From: a virus
Virus record (IMG/VR): IMGVR_UViG_3300017917_001573
Location: 30,972 to 94,971 of that record
Direction: 5' to 3' (one strand)
DNA length: 64,000 bases
In this document: piece after piece, positions 58,587-64,000 of the stretch
Layout of the letters: every line of letters starts with the position of its first letter
Position numbering within the stretch: position 1 is the first letter of the stretch
The notes under the pieces: model-generated
Told to the model about the DNA's origin: nothing
What the model saw: the letters and a program-made list of their open reading frames with translations, nothing else
The model's database searches: none
Program-made: the position numbers and the translations under genes

Positions 58587-59336
58587 TTAAAGTTCTTTAA
58601 TTTTTGTTTGAAGTAATTTGATTTGTTCATCTGAAATTTCATGTGTTTCTAACCATACTTCACAAATCTGTTTTACAATTTGTGTATTTGTTTTTGCTAT
58701 TTCTAACTTATCATTAAAGGTTTCAGAAGAAAATACACTTTGATAGTCTTGTATACTGTCGATTAATTCCATGTATTTTAATACAACAGGATCGGTATTA
58801 TATCCTCTTTTGTGGTATTTGAGACAACGTTCTAATTGTCTCAATACTCTAGAAATACTCCATACTTCTGTATTGTAGTATGCAGGATTCCATTTGTTCC
58901 AATTTGCTTCTTTTCCTGGATTTCCAGTTAAGTCTAATTCTTGTTTTGTTTTTAGATCATAACCTTTACAAATAATATTTAAATCAAAAGACGACAATAC
59001 ACCAAAAATATTAGTGCAATCTTTTTTAAAAACAATATTAATTGGAACACATGTATTGTAAAAGAATTTAATGGTTTGTACACCTGACACATGTTTGTTA
59101 TTGAATGACTGTTTATGCATAAATTGTTCAGCTTTCCATACTTCAAGTGGATCTAAAATACAAAACATATCATTGTAGTACATAGCATAAAACAATTTAC
59201 CAAACGCTTTTTCTGAATACAGAAAAACATCTACATCTTGTCCTTCAAAATAATCTAATAAACAAGATCCTGTAATACATCCATCAACATCTTGTTGTTT
59301 TAACCATGCAATTGCATCGTTTATTTGTTCTTTCAT
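58587..59336 (-). CDS. Pol-beta-superfamily nucleotidyltransferase (CCA/poly(A)-polymerase head-like)
   Basis: ITGS.......DVDVF and FDLNI (cf. RDFTIN). Confidence 0.65.
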   Translation of the reverse strand: MKEQINDAIAWLKQQDVDGCITGSCLLDYFEGQDVDVFLYSEKAFGKLFYAMYYNDMFCILDPLEVWKAEQFMHKQSFNNKHVSGVQTIKFFYNTCVPINIVFKKDCTNIFGVLSSFDLNIICKGYDLKTKQELDLTGNPGKEANWNKWNPAYYNTEVWSISRVLRQLERCLKYHKRGYNTDPVVLKYMELIDSIQDYQSVFSSETFNDKLEIAKTNTQIVKQICEVWLETHEISDEQIKLLQTKIKEL

Positions 59337-59371
59337 ATTTGTTTAGTTTGAGTCTAGTATATAAAAATAAA

Positions 59372-59395
59372 AAGAGGGATATTTCTATCCCTCTT
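59372..59395 (-). terminator. Intrinsic terminator
   Basis: Minus strand aagagggata-GAAA-tatccctctt followed by tttatttt. Confidence 0.8.
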
Positions 59396-59417
59396 ATACA
59401 AAAAGCTTTCTTTAGTA

Positions 59418-59918
59418 TTAAAGAAGATCAATTACTTCCAATAATGCCGTTTTTACTTCGTCCAATGTATAAATACGATTTAGTTTAGTAATTCCTTCAT
59501 CGAAATACAATCCAAATTCTTCAAATTCTTGAAGTAGACCATAACCATTGTTATTCAAAAATGTATTTACTTTGTTAATCTTGTTAGACTCTTTTTGGAA
59601 ATTAGCAAAAGCTAGTGTTTCTTTCTTTTGTTTTTCAGCCAATTCTTGTTTTGGTGCAGTTGGAAGAGCAACAAATGAAATAGATTTTGAAGAATTCAAT
59701 TCTGCATCAACCAATCGTTTAATTTCTTCAATAGTAGTAACTTCATCAGAAACCAATTTCTTACCTTTAGCAATTTTAGCAAATGTTACAATGTACTCTG
59801 CGTGTTGTTGAACTTCTACAAATTTAGCATGTGTTACAGGTTTGTTACTTTCACCTACTGTCATGTAACCACCATTAATCAATTTAAGGTCTGCTGATTT
59901 TACAAATGTTTTGTTCAT
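59418..59918 (-). CDS. Hypothetical protein downstream of MoxR-vWA
   Basis: 166 aa, A-rich leader, followed by a terminator. Confidence 0.7.
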   Translation of the reverse strand: MNKTFVKSADLKLINGGYMTVGESNKPVTHAKFVEVQQHAEYIVTFAKIAKGKKLVSDEVTTIEEIKRLVDAELNSSKSISFVALPTAPKQELAEKQKKETLAFANFQKESNKINKVNTFLNNNGYGLLQEFEEFGLYFDEGITKLNRIYTLDEVKTALLEVIDLL

Positions 59919-59948
59919 AATTTTAAAATTTAATTTTGTTTTACTTTA

Positions 59949-60947
59949 TTAATTTAAATATTTAACCCAATCTTTGATATGAATTACTTCTGTTGGTTCA
60001 AACCAATCTGCATATCCCGCAAGGTTTTTATTGGATGTAGTATGCAAAGAAATAACTTTGTTCACTTTCCATTTGCACAATTCTTGACCTTGTTGTTTAC
60101 TAATAGTAGTAGCACGTCCCCAACCATAAGAAGGACTATGATCATCACCAAATACAATTGCTGTTTCATAATGACGTTCATCTGATGAAACAAGGTTTTT
60201 GAAGTATACTTGATCATTGTCCATACCATTAGAATATACAGTTTGCATATCTAAATCATACAATTCTTCATATGTGTAAAGTGTTGAAATAGAACCTGTA
60301 ATCAATACATCTGCATAGAATGATTCACACAATTGTTTACTCAATGTCAAACAAGTAGTAGATACAGCTCTAGGAATAGACCCAGAAATGTCAATAATGA
60401 TCAGATTTTTTTTTGGAGAGGTTAATTCCAATGTGCCATACATACCATCCAATTTCTTGTTGTACATATATGGATTGAATACATTGAAATTGTGAATATT
60501 TGTCTCAATTGCAGATTCCAAATCACTCAACCATAATGGAAAAACATTTAGGTTTTTTAGTACATTGATGTCTACAATACAACAATTGTCTCTTACAAAA
60601 TCTTTAAACAAAGATGTGTCTTCACCTAGTTTTGGAATTGTTAAATCTGGATCATCATATACAACACCTTCTTTTGTAAAATCCATATGTGTAGTTTTAT
60701 CAAAAGAAAAAGTTTTACAATCAATAAAACCATTGTCCTCTAAAATCTTTTTAAAATTAAAAGGATAACCTGTTCTAATTGCTTGTTGATACAATACTTC
60801 ATATTCTAACATACGAACAATGTATTTTTCCATACTAGCATCTGCTACAATAAAAGGTAAACCAATAGGAATATCTTTTATTTCTGATCTACTAGTTACA
60901 AACCACAGATCAGGTATTTTCAGTTTTTTACTTTCTAATAATTTCAT
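59949..60947 (-). CDS. vWA (MIDAS) domain protein
   Basis: IIIDISGSI (DxSxS), IVFGDD; adjacent to MoxR. Confidence 0.7.
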   Translation of the reverse strand: MKLLESKKLKIPDLWFVTSRSEIKDIPIGLPFIVADASMEKYIVRMLEYEVLYQQAIRTGYPFNFKKILEDNGFIDCKTFSFDKTTHMDFTKEGVVYDDPDLTIPKLGEDTSLFKDFVRDNCCIVDINVLKNLNVFPLWLSDLESAIETNIHNFNVFNPYMYNKKLDGMYGTLELTSPKKNLIIIDISGSIPRAVSTTCLTLSKQLCESFYADVLITGSISTLYTYEELYDLDMQTVYSNGMDNDQVYFKNLVSSDERHYETAIVFGDDHSPSYGWGRATTISKQQGQELCKWKVNKVISLHTTSNKNLAGYADWFEPTEVIHIKDWVKYLN

Positions 60948-60950
60948 AAT

Positions 60951-62027
60951 TTATTTATTTAAAAAATATTTTTTAAATTGTTCAGTTGTGATTTCTGTGT
61001 AACCTCTTTTTTGTAATGTTTTTATTGACATTTTATCACTATAATGCTTAAAATTACTGTGATAGTCCTCACAACAAATAATATCATTTAGTTCAAAATC
61101 AGCATCTGTTCTAACAAGCTCTTTATTATCTTGAAGCAATGAAATATTTGATTCTGTAACCTTTAATGCCCATTTATCAGGTAATACAAATGTGTCAACG
61201 TCAACTTCCTCAACTGATTCTTCTGGTACAACAATACTTTTACTAAATCGAATTAATTCTAACCAACTAATTGTTTCATTTGGTTCTAATACTCGATCGC
61301 CACCCAACTCAATTGGTTTATCCAAAGAGTTTTTGATAAATGTAGATAGAATAGGATTTAAGATATTATAGTAAGGTGTTGGAACATTATGAATCATCAT
61401 ATCAACATTTTTATCAATACTTCTTGCACTGTTAAAGTTATTGAGACCTTTGAAGTTTTCTGATTCTACAAGTTGTGAAAGTTTCATAGCAATGTTTTTA
61501 GGCATTCTATATTTATCCATGATATAAGGAATCCAAGCATTTTTGTCAAATTCAAATTCATACCATATAAATCTTTCTTTGATTTGTGGTGTCAATGGAA
61601 CCATACCTTGTGGATTAGCTGCTGCCACAATCATAATGTTAGGTAATTCTTTACCTGAAATCATAGTACGTTGTTCTAATACTGTCAAACAAGCATTTAG
61701 TACAGTAGGATTACCATTCAACAATTCATCAAAGAAAAGGATGTCTCCATCTTGTAGATTGTTAAGTCTATCGAAATCATAATAAACCATCTTTTGTTCA
61801 GTATGAGATGGGACACAAATACCACTAATTTCAAAAGGTGACATTTGAGATGTAATTAGTTCTACAACTTTTACACCTTTCTTTTTAGCTAATTGGTTTA
61901 CAAAGGTTGATTTACCAATTCCAGGGTTTCCAATAAATAATGGTACAATTGATTTTCGCAAACTCGGATTGTTGTAAATTCCTTCTAAAATAGGAAGCAT
62001 ATCTCCCATCTTAATTTTTTCAAACAT
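60951..62027 (-). CDS. MoxR-like AAA+ ATPase with an appended C-terminal domain
   Basis: GNPGIGKS, LFFDEL, VAAANP, KERF; tail LPDKWALKVTESN...YTEITTEQFKKY. Confidence 0.85.
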   Translation of the reverse strand: MFEKIKMGDMLPILEGIYNNPSLRKSIVPLFIGNPGIGKSTFVNQLAKKKGVKVVELITSQMSPFEISGICVPSHTEQKMVYYDFDRLNNLQDGDILFFDELLNGNPTVLNACLTVLEQRTMISGKELPNIMIVAAANPQGMVPLTPQIKERFIWYEFEFDKNAWIPYIMDKYRMPKNIAMKLSQLVESENFKGLNNFNSARSIDKNVDMMIHNVPTPYYNILNPILSTFIKNSLDKPIELGGDRVLEPNETISWLELIRFSKSIVVPEESVEEVDVDTFVLPDKWALKVTESNISLLQDNKELVRTDADFELNDIICCEDYHSNFKHYSDKMSIKTLQKRGYTEITTEQFKKYFLNK

Positions 62028-62041
62028 ATTTCTTTTTGTTT

Positions 62042-62254
62042 TTATTCTTTGTTTAAAGTTGTTTCAATATGATGTTTAACCTCTGTCCAATATTTGACAA
62101 AATCTTCATCATTGTTTGTTTGTAGAATTTCTTCTACTGTTATTAAAGCACATTGTTTTTCAAATTCACAAGTTCTAATATCAACAATATCATCTACTGG
62201 ATCTAAGTCAAGAAATTTACTAATAAGTTGAGCTGCTTTATTTAATGGTGGCAT
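62042..62254 (-). CDS. Hypothetical phage protein
   Basis: KQCALITVEEIL...YWTEVK pattern. Confidence 0.65.
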   Translation of the reverse strand: MPPLNKAAQLISKFLDLDPVDDIVDIRTCEFEKQCALITVEEILQTNNDEDFVKYWTEVKHHIETTLNKE

Positions 62255-62490
62255 ATTTCTGTTATTTTATTTTGTACTTCTTGTACTTGTTCAATAGTTA
62301 GACCCTTACAATAAAATCTACCCATACCAAACTTAGCTTTAATTTGTGAATAACTAAAGTTTGGTTGTTTAATAAATTCTTGAAATTTTGAGTCTAACCA
62401 TTGAACAAATTCTTCATCACTAATAGCTAATCCATAGTGACCTTTCTCAAGATATTGAGAGTATTTTTCATTGAACTGATTGGTTGTCAT
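62242..62490 (-). CDS. Conserved phage protein
   Basis: QIKAKFGMGRFY motif. Confidence 0.65.
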   Translation of the reverse strand: MTTNQFNEKYSQYLEKGHYGLAISDEEFVQWLDSKFQEFIKQPNFSYSQIKAKFGMGRFYCKGLTIEQVQEVQNKITEICHH

Positions 62491-62708
62491 GTTAATGACT
62501 TATTATGTAGTCGAACAATATGTTCTACAATGTCTTTTAATACCTTTCCACCTTGAATTGGATAAAAGGATTCTTCTGTATCACCATCCATAAATAAAAT
62601 AGGTGGGTCACATTCAACTCCTCTACACCAACATTGTTCACCTTGAACACATGTAACTACTTTCCATTTAACGGTAAGTGATTTTAATTTTGCTTCTTGA
62701 TATGTCAT
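62487..62708 (-). CDS. Hypothetical protein
   Basis: 73 aa, C..GEQCWCR and HIV.LHN. Confidence 0.6.
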   Translation of the reverse strand: MTYQEAKLKSLTVKWKVVTCVQGEQCWCRGVECDPPILFMDGDTEESFYPIQGGKVLKDIVEHIVRLHNKSLT

Positions 62709-62711
62709 AAA

Positions 62712-63371
62712 TTAATCAATTAAATTTTCAAGAACATATTTTAAAGCTGCGTCAGTTGCTTCTTGTGGTGAGTTAAAAAAATTGACTGATGTAGAAACAA
62801 AGGTTTTTCCCGTAGAAGGAGAACGAATACTATAAAACCATAAATCAGCTGTAGCATCTACACTAATCCATATATCATAATTAACACGAATCCATTCAAT
62901 AGCTACATATAAGGATGGTGCTGATACAATATCTTGATAAATACCAAAATCAAAGTCACCATCATTATAGTTTGGAAGAGTTGATTTAAGATTTTCAACT
63001 TCATCATAACTTAATTTTTCATACGAATATGAATTCATGTACATATTATATGCTTTTTCATCATTCATATAATCTTCACCACTATAACGTCTAACACTAA
63101 GTTTTCGAATGTCTTGATTGTAATTAAAGTATATTTCAGATTCGTTAGAAATGAAATCGGTGTCTTGAAATAATCGTACTGTCTTTTCATTTTCGTAAAC
63201 CTCATTTAATGAATTGCAGAAAGTTCCTCTATAAAAAGAAAATAACTCAAAATAATAGTCTTCACCATTGTCGTGCACATAACAATGAGGTGTTGGTAAA
63301 TTAAACCCTTTTTCTTTCAAAAGTTTACTTGCATCAACAGAACAATATTGTTCTTCAATCTCGTTGTTCAT
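62712..63371 (-). CDS. Hypothetical Bacteroidota-phage protein
   Basis: Track ORF extends to 63449; likelier start MNNEIEEQY (63371); KLLKEKGF...APS....EWIR...EATDAALKY. Confidence 0.6.
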   Translation of the reverse strand: MNNEIEEQYCSVDASKLLKEKGFNLPTPHCYVHDNGEDYYFELFSFYRGTFCNSLNEVYENEKTVRLFQDTDFISNESEIYFNYNQDIRKLSVRRYSGEDYMNDEKAYNMYMNSYSYEKLSYDEVENLKSTLPNYNDGDFDFGIYQDIVSAPSLYVAIEWIRVNYDIWISVDATADLWFYSIRSPSTGKTFVSTSVNFFNSPQEATDAALKYVLENLID

Positions 63372-63798
63372 TGTTTTCTTCATTTTCTTGAAATTTAAAA
63401 TTAGGCTCTGATATACCAGCAATACTACATATATCAGCAGGATATTCATCTACTGTATAATGTCTTTGAGATTGTTCACCAGAAGATACTCTATCTAAAT
63501 ATCTTTGATGTCTAATTTGTTGGTAAATATGAGTTGCTATTCTACAATCATCTCCTACAAACTCTTTGTTAAATATTCCTGGATATGCATTAGGTGCAAA
63601 TCCAAATAAAGATTTTAGCTCTTTAGATTTTTCATCAAATTCTCGTTGTAGATTTCTGTCCCATATTTGTTTTACTAAACTATTACATAAAGTAAGAGTA
63701 TCAAATTGTAACATACCTACTCTACCATAAAGTTCTAATGCACTTTCAATCAAACAAAGTTCTTCAAAACCAAGTTCAATAATATGTTTTTTACTCAT
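63355..63798 (-). CDS. Hypothetical protein
   Basis: 147 aa; ALELYGRVGMLQF. Confidence 0.65.
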   Translation of the reverse strand: MSKKHIIELGFEELCLIESALELYGRVGMLQFDTLTLCNSLVKQIWDRNLQREFDEKSKELKSLFGFAPNAYPGIFNKEFVGDDCRIATHIYQQIRHQRYLDRVSSGEQSQRHYTVDEYPADICSIAGISEPNFKFQENEENNEQRD

Positions 63799-64000
63799 AA
63801 CCTATTTCTTTTAAAAATTGAGGAAGTTGTGATGTGATGGATTCTTTATCTACACAATCGAATAATTCTCCACTACTACCATAATCATTAGTTATTGTAA
63901 CATTCTCAACAATTCTATTAGTATATTCTTCTAATAGTTGTTTAGCATATTCTTTTATTACAAAGAGTTCATCCCAAGTAGGTTTTCTACCAAACTGGTC
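63791..64000 (-). CDS. Hypothetical protein, 5'-truncated
   Basis: Open from the window end: DQFGRKPTWDELF...LKEIGYE*. Confidence 0.6.
   Translation of the reverse strand, partial: DQFGRKPTWDELFVIKEYAKQLLEEYTNRIVENVTITNDYGSSGELFDCVDKESITSQLPQFLKEIGYE

Noticed and set aside
1-64000. Stop-codon reassignment (TAG=Gln or TGA=Trp), known in some crAss-like phages
   Set aside because: Multi-kb ORFs are intact in the standard code, TGA serves as stop in ATGA overlaps, and genes tile without fragmentation
1-64000. CRISPR arrays, tRNA genes, introns/inteins in nrdA, polB or helicases, DGR/reverse transcriptase
   Set aside because: Intergenic gaps are too short, no repeat-spacer pattern was seen, the enzymes are of normal length and uninterrupted, and no RT motif was found

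Overview
AT-rich fragment of a crAss-like (Crassvirales-type) lytic phage, most likely infecting a Bacteroidota host (TAnnTTTG boxes in intergenic gaps, A-rich leaders without Shine-Dalgarno sites). Two convergent halves meet at a bidirectional hairpin at 32513-32540. The + strand (1-32510) encodes a tail stabilisation/muzzle protein and six very large virion cargo proteins. These include a 2677-aa single-chain two-barrel RNA polymerase (DFDVD), two zincin domains, an SF1 helicase, a PD-(D/E)xK nuclease and cell-wall domains. The - strand (32526-64000) is the replication/nucleotide module: RNR, UDG, nucleases, rIIA/B, primase, SSB, DnaB, SF2 helicase, dCMP deaminase, PolB, macro domain, ThyX, HNH, ligase, prim-pol, nucleotidyltransferase, vWA and MoxR. 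The most striking unexplained pattern is in four consecutive giant cargo proteins (7247 aa in total). They are almost free of cysteine, yet every internal gene junction has a Cys at both the upstream C-terminus and the downstream N-terminus, suggesting a head-to-tail disulfide-linked ejection chain. In-frame, repeat-flanked domain cassettes in the cargo genes point to modular effector shuffling. All calls come from reading motifs by eye; no database searches were run.
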